Made by a program: the position numbers and the translations under genes. Source: Tricharina praecox (lineage: Eukaryota). From it: a DNA stretch of 50,772 nucleotides. The DNA lies in assembly GCF_024521635.1 (NCBI RefSeq), contig NW_026250408.1, forward strand, positions 1,488,001 through 1,538,772, written 5' to 3'. Each line of letters starts with the position of its first letter. The stretch's first letter is position 1. Shown here piece by piece: positions 12,609 to 24,698 of the stretch. The notes below the pieces were generated by a model. The model saw only the letters and a program-made list of their open reading frames with translations, was not told where the DNA came from and ran no database searches.

Positions 12609-15053
12609 TTTTGTATGTGATGGGGGGGCATCTCTCTGCATGCAGAGTGTGAGGTGGACCTTTTATTCTCTCCCATCATCCATCCGACGTCCAGCGGACG
12701 GATAGTGAGCGTGCGGGGTCGGTCAGTCAGTCGCTCGCTCCCTGGCCGGCTACGGCTGGATATCTCGAGCACAGCTAGCATCTGTGTTCGCTATAGTCTT
12801 TTGCATACGTGTATAGCATGAAGCCAATAATGCATCGACAGTAGTTCGTAAATATGCACCCACGCCGAAAACCTGCGAGCCAGGTTAGCGGGTTTGATGA
12901 TTCCACATCGGCCACGAGCGAACAGGGAAAGGCTCGGACCGTAGCGGTGCACCAGCCATGCACGAATGCCGCCATGTAATCATGCCACCATGGAGAATCC
13001 CGTTAGACATCGCTTGCGGTGAGGATAGGCGTCATAGTTGGCCGCGCCAGCCCTTGCGATTATGCGCGTCCCAGGAAGTTGAATGCCCCGTATCACGGCT
13101 GGACTGCTCGGAGCGGGAACGGTCCATGGAGATGGGTCGGGCACGGACTGGGTCATTCTTTGTGGGTTGGGTGCGGGTTGGCAAGAAGAAGAAAAAGAAG
13201 AGGAAAAAGGAGAAGGAGAATGACAAGATGAAGCAAGGCGCAGTCATAAAGACCGGTACCGTATTCCATCAATACAGAGGAATCATAACCACACGAAGGA
13301 TCCACAACGTTGAGCTGTACGTCGAGCTAGGTGGAATCGGTTAGCCCCTGAGCGTCCTGATTGGTCGGAGAATTCCCCACCTTCCATGTCGTCGTTGCGC
13401 TCCGATGATCGATCTTCAAGAGTTGCGGGTAAAATAATAATAATGGACGGAAAGCCCGTCCGTGCATCAAGGACTTATGTACACTACCCACATATATACG
13501 AGCCTACATACCTGTCTGCAGAGAAGCAATACAGTAGTGCTTACCTTGAGGCGTGCATCGAGGGGGGTTTCTGTAATCTGAACGGCGCACTCAAAGGGCA
13601 AACCATCATCACATAGTTATCATGACCGGACGGGATTGCTCTTGGTTGCTCTACTCTCCGCCACATAGCTTTCAAAAGGCGAGGGACAAAATGTGCGAGT
13701 TCAAAATAAGAAGAAAATCACCAGCGTTGCCACGTTTTGAGGGATCAAGACCCCCGCTGTTCTCAACCACGCCGGATTTTCGAGGATGTCTTCTCAGTAC
13801 ATGCAAAAGCACCTGGGTGCTATATATACTGTACATACAGTCAGGGTGAGGAGAAGAGGAGGTGGTTGCGATGGCATATTCCGGGCGGATGAGGAAAGCA
13901 CCGGCGCACCGCCATGTTCTTGAACTAAGATGTAGTTATGCGCACGTGGCCGTGTGTGGCAAACTGTTGAAGCTGCAGCTATGTCTGTAGAGTACCCACT
14001 GCCATCTTGCAGACGGATGCGTATTTCCCGATTATGGAATGAGGCTGCTACTACCGTGTTTTGACTCTCGTTAACTGCGTATTCCAAGCGTAAAGAGAGT
14101 CGTTATTTTCCGCTGGACGGATATGCTGGTACCGTATGTATCGTGAACAGAGCATTTTGACCATGTTGATACCTATGTCACGACCACATTTTTTGTTCCC
14201 CCCACGTGGACCACGCAGCAGCTAAATAAGTACGTAAGTGAGTCTATATTTATGCGTGCATGCAGTGCCTCTTCGGAAACGGTGGGTGGGTCTTAACGCC
14301 ATACCGGTGGTTGCTTGAGGTGATTGGTGCGAAGACATGCAGGCTTTTTTCGATAACTCCAACTCGGTCTTTCAAGTTCAGCCACTCTGCTCCGAGAACG
14401 CATTAATCTATGGGGGATGTATCAACCTCTCAAGTTCTCTCACACAACCATCTACCGTATGGGGATATATTGGTTTCTGAAGTTCACTGAGCGGGAACAG
14501 TGGTGATACTCATAAACGATCACTCGCACCTGATTTTCAAGCGGCGATGTCGTGCACTCCGAATTCGGTGTAAACAAGTATATGAGTACTTGGGTACTTA
14601 GCTGAGAGCAGTTTACTCAGTCCTAGTCCTGCCCGCCCGCCCGTCCTGCATGTCACTGTCCTATGGCCTCATGGTGTCGAGAGGTGGCAAACGTTTGGAA
14701 TCGATTGAAGCAAAATACCAGCCTAAGTACAGTGTACACCCATATCCCGCTAGCCGACAGTGTTCCGTAATCGTGTTTTCTCACTGCTCACTCCTGTCAT
14801 TCTGCTCGTAAAGTAACCTCATGGCCAAACACTAGTCCGTCACGTCCGTCGGTAGCCGTACACCATACTCCGCCGTGTCAGTGCGTGACCTTTGACGTCA
14901 ACGCATCACCCCCCGCCCACACTCACCCACCAGCCCACCACCCCGCCTATATGATGTAGGTATCTCTCCAAGCCACATTTTTTTCACCGCCCCCCCCCCC
15001 CCCCTCCCCCTCCATGACCACATTCCCCCACAACCACGATGTAGGTAGTATCA

Positions 15054-16313
15054 ATGGACCTCGCAATCACCACCAGCAACGTCCTCGTCCTGCTCCCGTT
15101 CCTCGTCCTGACCATGCTGCTCCGCCTCGGGATCTACCCATACCTCGCCGTGCTGATCCGCCACCCCCGGATGGCACCGACGAAATTCCACCTCCCCAGC
15201 GGCGTAGCCGAGCACGCAGTGTTCCCACCGCCCGCCGCCCCGCGCCGCATCCTCGACCACTCAAAGAACATCGACAACGGCCGCTACGAGTTCCTGAAGC
15301 GCCTCGGGCTCGGCCGCGAGGGCTGCGCGAGCATCTACGTCGACCACGAGCGCGGCGGCCAGAAAGTCGTCATAAAGGAGTTCTTCCGCGGCGTGCGCAC
15401 GAACCCGCTGCCCGCGCACCTCCGACCACTGTTTGGTGCGTACAAGGACTGGCCCGCGGAGATCCCAGCGTCCCTGTATTTCTCGCCGGGTCATGGCGAG
15501 AATGGCATGGGCAGGTTCATGCGCGTGGTTGATTACTTCTGGGTGGACAGCCCCGCGTGGCGCGGTAGCGGGTGGAGGCTCGTCACGCCGTTCCTCAAGT
15601 CGGGCACGCTCGAGACGCTGGCGGGATTGGTGCATATGTGTGGCCTCTCGCCGGAGGACGTGGATGGGATATATAGGCGGAGGTTCAGGGGCGTGTTGAT
15701 GGCGCTGAAGGAGATGCACACCAGGGGGTACACGCACGACGACGTCAAGACGGATAACATCTTTGTGGCCGAGAATGGCGAGTTTCTGCTGGGTGATCTG
15801 GGGAACGTGCGGGAGCACGAGCACGGATATCACTCGCATGCGCCGGATATGCACACGGGACACAAAGACTACCGGCAGGGGGATACCGAGCGCGCGGTGC
15901 GGAGCTATCTGACGTTTCTGAGGTTTGCGTGTGGCGATCAGAGGGTATTTGATCGGGACTTTAGGGAGATGCGGGCTGAGTGGAGCGAGTTCTTTTGGAG
16001 ATACAAGCGGAACTGCTCGACGGCGGAGGATTTGCTGCGGAACGATGTGTTCTGGGGGGAAGGCGCCGGGTGGGCGGAGTCAAGCTGCCGCGAGTTTGAG
16101 AAGCGCGTGGAAACGCTGCGGGAGGAGATGGAGAGGCGCAAGAGGCAAGGTCTGAGGTTGCAGCAGGAGGAGAAGGAAAAGAACGGTTGGACGGTGCCGG
16201 AGGCCGTGGAAGAGCAGACGAGAGAGGTCGACAGCGCGCTGGCGTGTGTTAGTCCCACGCTCATGGAGAAGATCCTGCCGTGGAAGAGACAACTGTCTCA
16301 CAGCAGCTATTGA
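15054..16313 (+). CDS. Atypical protein kinase-like protein with an N-terminal membrane anchor, intronless
   Basis: 419-aa ORF with a hydrophobic N-terminus, Gly loop LGLGREG, VVIK (catalytic Lys), catalytic loop HDDVKTDNIF, DLG in place of DFG, and a C-terminal charged helix. Confidence 0.85.
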   Translation: MDLAITTSNVLVLLPFLVLTMLLRLGIYPYLAVLIRHPRMAPTKFHLPSGVAEHAVFPPPAAPRRILDHSKNIDNGRYEFLKRLGLGREGCASIYVDHERGGQKVVIKEFFRGVRTNPLPAHLRPLFGAYKDWPAEIPASLYFSPGHGENGMGRFMRVVDYFWVDSPAWRGSGWRLVTPFLKSGTLETLAGLVHMCGLSPEDVDGIYRRRFRGVLMALKEMHTRGYTHDDVKTDNIFVAENGEFLLGDLGNVREHEHGYHSHAPDMHTGHKDYRQGDTERAVRSYLTFLRFACGDQRVFDRDFREMRAEWSEFFWRYKRNCSTAEDLLRNDVFWGEGAGWAESSCREFEKRVETLREEMERRKRQGLRLQQEEKEKNGWTVPEAVEEQTREVDSALACVSPTLMEKILPWKRQLSHSSY

Positions 16314-17646
16314 AGTGTGGTGAATCAATCATCGACGTTTTGCATTTGGTCTTGATATCGTGAGAGATTCTTGAACATACGAAGCTTCTGTTTTTTTGGT
16401 TGATACATTGTACATACTGGCACCCAGCTTACCTTTTTTTGCGTGCGCAATTGCGAATCGATGCTTCATTATCAGAGCCCGCGGGCGATTTGCCATAAAT
16501 CCTCCAGTTTCCAAACAGCTAAATGATGATACAGCGACGACGTTAGGAACAGTCAGTTGGGTGGCACAATAGACGATCGGCGGCCAGCACGCTAATCTAG
16601 GTAGTTCGACCCAAACGGCGTCTCTTTCGGAGAGGCCCGTCGACCGGGTACCGTATTAAGCAACCGGGCGTTTAATCGAGTTTCAGCCATCCAGCATCAA
16701 GCGGCGGGAACACGTGCGGGCGCCGTGCGGACACCATTGGTTGGTCGGTTGGACTTCGCTACCAGGGAGAGGGTGAAGATGCTGACCGGACGTGACCATG
16801 GGTGCCGTACATACATCCTAATAGGTAGTCCCATCCATCGTTATAGCTATGGGCTATCGCGGGTGGGAGGTGTCTCAGGGTTTGGTCTGCAGAGACAGAG
16901 ACAGAAGCTGGACTTCACTTCCCAGTCGAACCTCCTGGACACCGAGAGATCTAAAAAGGGGCGAGGAACAAAAACGTGATCAATTGGATTAAAGCTTTCG
17001 GTCGACGATGAAGATGATTTATTGTACAAGATGATGATGACCAGAGACCGACCGACGAACAGGAAGAACAGAAATAGTGACAGCAGAAACAAATAAACGT
17101 TGACCGACCGGATCCGGTCTGCAGCGGGGCCCACCAGGTCTCAGCAAGGTCTCCCCTCTTCGGCGCTCACCGATGCCGCCAAGCCGCCTCCGCGCCCCTC
17201 AACACCAGACTACAGACGCCACATCCGCGCCACGCCCTCATTGCCCGTCACTCGCGGCTGCGGCGATGACTGCTTATTGCGTACCTCGCCAAGGACGTAG
17301 CGACGCAAGGATCTGCGGGGCAGGGGGGTGGGTGAGATTGCGCACATAGAGTGCTTGGAGCCTTGGGCATGTAAGATGGTGGGTGATTTAGGGCGACAGG
17401 TGGTGGGTGGCGTTTGGGTTGTTTCGTCCTCAGGTCTACTTCGGTGAGGCTGCTCTGAAGCCCAGGAAGGTTAGTTACCCCACTTTTCCCCGCCCCACCC
17501 CGTTCAACGCTCCTTTTCCTTCCTCCCTTTTCTTCTCCCCAATTCCTCTCGCCTTCCTCAATTTCTCCATCTCCATCTCCACCGACCTCCACCAAATCTC
17601 AAGAAAACCAGTGTTTGTTATCAACAAACCCCACACAACCGCCAAC

Positions 17647-18491
17647 ATGAGCAACGTTTTCTTCGATATCCGCTACTCCGACCCCCAGGGCAAAGGTATT
17701 TCCCCCCCACTCCGTCTCTGCCGGTGGTGATGATGGAGACGCGGAAGCATTGGTTATAATGCCTCCTACGTCGTTACTATCATCACCATCATCACCATCA
17801 TCAACAGCATCACCACCATCACCATATCTCCGCATCTCCGACTCCCGCACAATCTGCGGATTAATCAATCTGCCCCGCTAACATATCCGTGTGACTCAAC
17901 AGCCGAGGACTGGGGCCGCATTGTCTTCCAGCTCTACGACGACGTTGTCCCCAAGACCGCCAAGAACTTCCGTGAGCTCTGCAAGATTGAGTCGGTCGGC
18001 CAGGGTTACACCGGCTCCAAGTTCCACCGTATCATCTCCAACTTCATGGCTCAGGGTGGTGACTTCACCCGTGGAAACGTATGCTCTTCGGATTCAAGGC
18101 TGGATGATTGAAGGGTGGTCGATGCTGATGCACAGCGTGATAGGGTACCGGTGGCCGGTCCATCTACGGTGAGAAGTTCGAGGACGAGAACTTCATCAAG
18201 CGTCACGACAAGCCCTACCTTCTGTCGATGGCCAACGCTGGCAAGAACACCAACGGCTCGCAGTTCTTCATCACCGTCTGTACCCCCCTGCCTCCCCCGC
18301 TTTGCCATGCCAGCCACTGACGTCATTGGAATGAACAGTTCGTGAAGACCCCCCATCTCGATGGAAAGCACGTCGTCTTCGGAGAGGTCGTTGAGGGATC
18401 GGATATCCTTAACAGAATGGAGTCCAAGTCCATCGACCAGTCCGGCCGCACCTCGGGCACCATCTCCATTGCCAGCTGTGGAGAATGTTAA
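17647..18491 (+). CDS. Cyclophilin-type peptidyl-prolyl cis-trans isomerase (CypA-like, single domain), 4 exons
   Basis: Spliced translation reads MSNVFFDI...[23 protein letters not shown]...[36 protein letters not shown]...[18 protein letters not shown]...[11 protein letters not shown]. Introns at about 17696-17901, 18079-18143 and 18276-18338. Confidence 0.96.
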
Positions 18492-19976
18492 ATCACTTCC
18501 CCTCGTTCTCTTGATCTTTCTCTCGAGTAGTTAGTATCTATTGCTCGCTCGCTGGAATAAAATACTGGGTTGGGATCTGACTAAGAATCACTTTGCACGC
18601 GGGGGGTTGGGGCGGGGTGGGGGTGAGGTGAAAACTGTGACATCTGGAGCTATGCTCGACCGCCCTGTCCAGTGGAGAACTTTGACGAACCCCGGCGGAT
18701 GTGATTACCCGACCAACTCGCCAAGACGCTATTCATCGCCAAGTGAAGGGATGAAGATGCAGAAATCGCAGAGAGCTCGGTCGCAGGGTCTGAAGATTCG
18801 AAGATTCGCGTGTCCCGTCCACGACATAATCGGTGCTCCTATTGGCCTTTCGTGGGGCTAGACGTGATTTACGCCGTCCCCTCGACATCGCTCTTTCGCG
18901 TTCCCGCTCATCAGCATCTCAACGACTCCGTGAACGCAATCCCGAACATGGTCTTGACTCCCGCTTTATCTACGTGTCCGGAGTAGCTATTGAGCTCAGC
19001 GCAGGTACTATTGTAGGCTGAACGCCCGAATCATGCCATGATAATACCGTATCCCATGCCCGGTGTCAAAGCAAGCTCATGCCTAATTCCGAGGTCTCGT
19101 ATCGCACCTCGATCCCTACTATCGACGCCTCCATGATCGTCGGTACCAACCTCTAAATAGTAGTTATTGTCTCACTCTCACACGCCCTATTCCGCAAGCG
19201 TCTACTCGCCGTTCCGGTGGATAGTAGAGTAATCACGTGACGATGGAGAGTGCGGTCCCTGGCCACCAGAGAAGCGCACAGAGGAGTTTGGAGGAAGAAA
19301 CACAAGCGGGCTGCATTGTAGAGCGGTTAAGGAGCACTACGATCTACGGCTACAGCTACAGCGCGCAGGATGGAAGATGGAAGATCAACAGAGGCATCGG
19401 GAATTCGTGGAGGACGGGGACGTCGCGACTCGCCAGGAACAGTGGGACTGTAGTCTGTAGAACGCGGTTCCTGCCACCACCAGCACCAGTCATTCATTCA
19501 TACTCAGTCCAGAGAAAACTGACGGCCAGCGGGTGGTGGGTATTTCTCGACTCCTGGGTGCTCGGGTAGAGTGCGATGCGGCGAGGGCTGGAGTAATGGA
19601 AAGGACAGGCACAGGCGGAACGAGAGATAGGTATTGATGAACGGACACAGCGCCCATGGGCGATGGAGGAAGATGAAGAGTCGGACAAGATTGTGGAGTT
19701 GACTACCCGGGGGTTGGACGGGCATCGGGACTTGATATACCGTAATCTCCATGGTGCGCACATTTTGGAAGGGCTAGGCGGAGAGTGCTGGAGATTCTGG
19801 AACCCACGTTGAGTTTGCAGCCAGCGGGCGGTCGGGACTCGGGACAGTGGGGTAGAACCAGTTATGTAAGTGCCGCGATCGTGGTTGGATGGAATTACCC
19901 GTAGATAATCACGTGCCAAACCAACCGAAACTTGCATCCCCGCATCAAATTACATCCATACGCGTTCCCCACCACC

Positions 19977-21774
19977 ATGCCTCCACCGCGCCTCCTCCTC
20001 CCCCGCCGACCACCGTTAACTCTTCTATGCCGTCGGTTCCTCCCACATCCGCGCTTCTACTCATCAAATAACACTGTCACCGGCGAATTCCAAAAGTCCC
20101 AGAAACGCTCGCTGAAAGACGTCCACCACGGTCACAAGGAGAAACGGCAGGATGCTAACATTGCTTTCACTGAATCTCCCTGGGAGGTGATTTGCGGCCT
20201 CGAGGTGCATGCACAGTTGAACACGGAGCGGAAACTGTTTTCCGGTGAGTTTTCTTTTGGGTTGAAGTGATTGGGGACGTGGTCTTGGGAGGCGACGGAT
20301 GGCTGATATTTGAACTACAGATGCGACCATGTCCACCACCGCCCCGCCGAATACTCACATCTCCGTCATCGACGCGTCACTTCCCGGAACGCAGCCAACG
20401 TTAAATCCAAAGATTCTTCTGCCAGCACTACGGGCAGCAGTTGCGTTGTCCTGCAAACCCGAGCAGATCTCGCGGTTCGATCGGAAACACTACTTCTATT
20501 GGGACCAGCCGGCGGGCTACCAGATCACACAGTTCTATCAGCCTCTAGCAAAGAACGGTACGCTGCGGTTGACAAAGGATGCGGACGGGATGGATCTGGA
20601 GGTCAAGATCCGACAGGTGCAGATCGAGCAGGACACGGGAAAGACAATTGCCGCGCCGCCGAACTCGCTGGTGGATCTCAACCGTGTTGGTGCGCCGCTG
20701 GTCGAGATCATCACTGATCCGTTCCCGTTGGCGGAGGCTGCTACTGCGGGCAAGGTACTCGCTAAGATCCAGGGCTTGTTGAAGGCGGTGGATGCGTGTG
20801 TGCTGGGCATGGAGTGGGGTGGGTTGCGCGCGGATGTCAACGTTTCCGTTCGGCGGCGTGGAGAGACAGAGCTCGGCCGGCGCTGCGAGATCAAGAATCT
20901 TTCGTCGTTCAAAGCGGTGACCGAGGCGATCCTTTCTGAGTCGCAACGCCAGATCGCGATTCTGTCTGCAGGTGGGACGATAGGTGGTGAGACCCGCGGG
21001 TGGGACGCGGAACATTTCACCACCAGACGACTCAGAGGGAAAGAGGGAGAGGTGGACTACAGATACATGCCCGACCCCGACCTTCCGCCCGTCGTTCTCA
21101 CCAGAAGACTGATCGATAAAGTCAAGGGCAACATGCCGCCACTTCCCGACCAAATCGTCGAGGAACTCACCTCGAAATACGGCCTCACGGCAAAAGACGC
21201 GCGCACCATCCTCCTCTGGGACGACGGCCGTAGCGGCGATGTGGTCGCCTATTACAAGTCTGTCGTATCCCTCGTCACACCGAACGACAAGACGACCGGC
21301 AAAATCGTCGGAAACTGGATGATCCATGAGCTTGGGGGGCTGCTCACCATACACGAGATTTCCTGGGCCGAGAACAAAATCACCGCGCATGGTTTGGCAG
21401 AGCTGATCTCGCTGTTGGTAGGAGGGAAGATTACGGGGGCTACGGCGAAGGCCCTACTGCCGCGACTCCTCACCGACAGAAAAGCATCCGCCGCGAAGAT
21501 CGTCCAGGAGGAGAATCTGGCAATCACGGAAATAAGCGACGATGAACTTTCGGTGTTGATCAAGGGCGTGCTGGATACCGATGAGGGGAAGAACGTGTTG
21601 CAGCAGCTGGAGGCGAACTTGGAGAATGAGAAGAAGCGGAAGGGGCTGCGCGGGTTCGTCGTGGGAAAGGTTATGCGCTCGATGGGTGGAAAGGTCAAGG
21701 CCGATCGAGTGGACGGATTGCTTTCTACCATGTTATCACAGTCCCAGTCCCAGTCCCAGTCAGAGTCACAATAG
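19977..21774 (+). CDS. PET112: Mitochondrial glutamyl-tRNA(Gln) amidotransferase subunit B (GatB/Pet112)
   Basis: Mitochondrial presequence followed by GLEVHAQL, FDRKHYFYWDQPAGYQITQ, IEQDTGK, DLNRVGAPLVEI, LRADVNVS, EIKNL, ETRGW and DYRYMPDPDLPP. Phase-1 intron at 20245-20320. Confidence 0.97.
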
Positions 21775-22560
21775 ATATGTTGCATTACCTGTCGTTAATG
21801 GTGAATTGGCTTATCACGAAATACGATATTATACGCATTCATTCACTCATAGCCGCCTCCAAATCCAACAACACTACGCAAGTAAAGGCTTTTTTATAAC
21901 GGAGGTTTTCTCGCAGATTCCAATCTTTTTTTCCCCTTTTGATTTGTGGCGAAGTGGTGGCGCCTTTTGAAGAGACTTTGTTGCGCAAGGGTGATACCCT
22001 GACCGGCGAGCGGATGTCGATGTATGGGCAGGTATGTAAAATGATGGGGGCGATGACGGTGCCCCCCGTATTTATGTACTCTGCTGCGGGGGAAGCGGGG
22101 TAAACTGGGATGCGGTAGGTACCTAGGTGGGAGACAATGTGAACGACAATCGATCATACACCGTATCCTATCAACAGTGAAGTTCGACACCAAGGATATG
22201 TGGGAGGTGGCTGGATATCCGGAGCTTCGTGAATAACTTCCCAAGCTGAGTGACTTGCTCCTCCGAGTCGCCAGGCCAGTGCCATGTCTGTCGCATCAAT
22301 AACAACGCACCCCATACGCAACATTCGAAGCGCTATAACTGAGGCACACCTGCCTATTGACCCCTTTCCCCGCGAGCTCGAAGATCAAATACTGGTATGT
22401 GCTGTCCTGTGCGGGCGATCCAAGGGTAATGACCCGGTACCGGCGAACATGGCTATCAGCCGGTTCGCAGCGCGGGAGGGGGAGTCTTACCGATTATGCT
22501 ACTCCAAATTACCACTCCTATATAGTCCTGTCTGTGGCCCATTTAACGGACTGGATGTCG

Positions 22561-22613
22561 AGAGAGAGATCTTCAGTTTATCTCGCATGCAGCCTATCTA
22601 GACCATGGCGAAC
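22561..22613 (+). repeat. Left arm of a 53-bp inverted repeat flanking GTPase copy 1
   Basis: agagagagatcttcagtttatctcgcatgcagcctatctagaccatggcgaac matches the reverse complement of 24646-24698 at 49 of 53 positions. Confidence 0.85.
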
Positions 22614-22973
22614 AGACTATGTGTCGCCTCGAGCCCTGCACGTGATGATATAGATATATGGTGACTGCTCATGTGATTAATCATAAATCAGCACTCGAGC
22701 GGTTCATAAAGGCCCAAACTCGACTGTGCATATGCACATGCAACAAGGATGTGCAAGCGGTCGCCGGTGGCCCAGTGGCAGGCGGGACGCCACCTGGTGT
22801 ATGATACATCGTCACCGAGCCCCCCGCTTCACCGTACAACTATACTCAGCACTGTCGTCGACACCCTTATCAAGCAATCAAACATCCTCTTATCTCCGAC
22901 TCTAAACGCTCGTTCGCATTCCGCTTCTACCACAGCCTATTATCGCTGCCAGGCTTCCTGATCCATCGCGACA

Positions 22974-24457
22974 ATGGGCAACTCAGCGTCCGCTGTGGCG
23001 GACACCGCGCAGCGCGTTCGTACTGCCGTGGCTATACTAGGTCTGTCGCCGGTAGCTTCCCGAATCCCGATTTCTCTGTGCTTCGGCGGCGGGGAAGTTG
23101 AGTTCATGAGTCCCCAACCAAGCCCGCGACTCCGCGAGATCGTATGGTTCCCTGTACTGATTGACGTCCCTACCTAGCAAAACTGCCTCTGCCGGCGGCG
23201 ACTCGCATTCCAATAATCGCGGGGATATGTGCAGGCGCGGTTCTGGTGACCGTCGTCGAAGTCTTTCGGAAACCACCCAAGCCGGAAAATCCTACTGTGG
23301 AGGCCATCCAGGCCTACCTCGCGGGTGAGGAAATGCGACTTCTCGTATCGGAGGATGAACTATGGCCTGAAAAAGAGAGTGGACACAAAGGTAATGGTGG
23401 GCGCTCTGGGAAAGGTCAAAGGATGAAGGGCAAAAACAAACGCACGATACAAGAGGAATGTGATGAGATCCTGGAACACATCCGGGTGCAGGAGGAAGCG
23501 GCTGAGTCGCAACGCAAAGCGGACGAAGTGAGACAGGAACTCGAAGAGACCAGGCACAACCTCAAGAACGGAATTCAACCGGTGGTCTGGCCGACGAAGC
23601 AGGAATTCGAAGCTGCTAAGGTCAGAGTCGAGTACCAAAGAGACCTCTTACACTTCGCCATCAGCGGCCCATCCGGCTCGGGGAAGAGCTCTCTCATCAA
23701 CGCATTTCGAGGGCTGAAGACCAAAAGTCAGGAAGCTGCGCCAGTGGGAGCTGTTGAAACGACAACCACCATCACTCGATACCCGGATGCGCGCCAGGAG
23801 ACGGAGTATCGGCGGTTCGTGTGGTACGATGTTCCGGGTGCCGGCACCATCAATATACCAAGTTGGCAGTATTTCAACCAACAAGGACTGTTCATATTCG
23901 ACTTCATAATCCTGGTGTACGATGCTGTAAGTCATCTGCTCCAGTATATGGGCTTTCCTAACTCCTGCTAGCGTTTCACCGAGATCGATGCCGATATTCT
24001 CGAGAATTGCCACAGGTTCGACATTCCCGTGTTCATTGTCCGCTCCAAGGCCGATCAGCATATCGCCAACATGATGATCGAAGACGACGACCTTACCTAC
24101 ACGGAGGCACGCGATAGATACATCGCGGATACCCGACAGAACCTCGAATCCAACCTCAAGAAGCGCAACCTCTACGACGAAAACACTCGCTGCTACATAG
24201 TCTCAAGCACATGTTTGTATGATCAGACAAAGAGCACGGAGACAACAAACAACGTCCCGCCGGCCCGAAAGAGAAGCAAGGAAGTGTACATAGATGAGGA
24301 GCAATTGCTCGCCGATCTCCTCAAGACGGGGATTCAACGGCGATATAGCGAGTCCGCGCACATCACTATTAGATCATCCGCCACTACAATGGAAGAAATC
24401 GCTTCCTCCGTGCCGGAGGTTATGCACGGCGGGTCTTCACCTTCTACTGCAACGTGA
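22974..24457 (+). CDS. IRG/IIGP-like (interferon-inducible GTPase family) P-loop GTPase, copy 1, 3 exons, ~433 aa
   Basis: G1 GPSGSGKSSLINAFRG, switch I AAPVGAVETT, G3 WYDVPGAG and G4 VRSKAD. Introns at 23041-23177 (phase 1, restores the frame from MGNSAS) and 23927-23971 (after YDA). Confidence 0.88.
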
Positions 24458-24645
24458 TGCGATGGTTATGGTTTTATCGAGCTGCCGTATCTGGGATATT
24501 CATGACTTCTCAACTACTTATGATGTCTTTTTCTTTTCCTCTTATTTTCATGGTGTTCCTGGGTAGGATAGCAGGCCGGTTTATGCCCGACATGGCACCC
24601 TCAACACTTCCGGCCAGCCGCAGTGGGCAGGAGAAGAGTGCGACG

Positions 24646-24698
24646 GTTCGCCATTGTCTAGATAGGCTGCATGCAAAATAAATTGAAGATCTCTCTCT
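24646..24698 (-). repeat. Right arm of the 53-bp inverted repeat flanking GTPase copy 1
   Basis: Reverse complement of 22561-22613 with 4 mismatches. Confidence 0.85.

Noticed and set aside
17100..17646. Possible upstream mitochondrial-targeting exon for the cyclophilin
   Set aside because: Splice-like signals exist, but I could not build a convincing in-frame ATG-initiated model.
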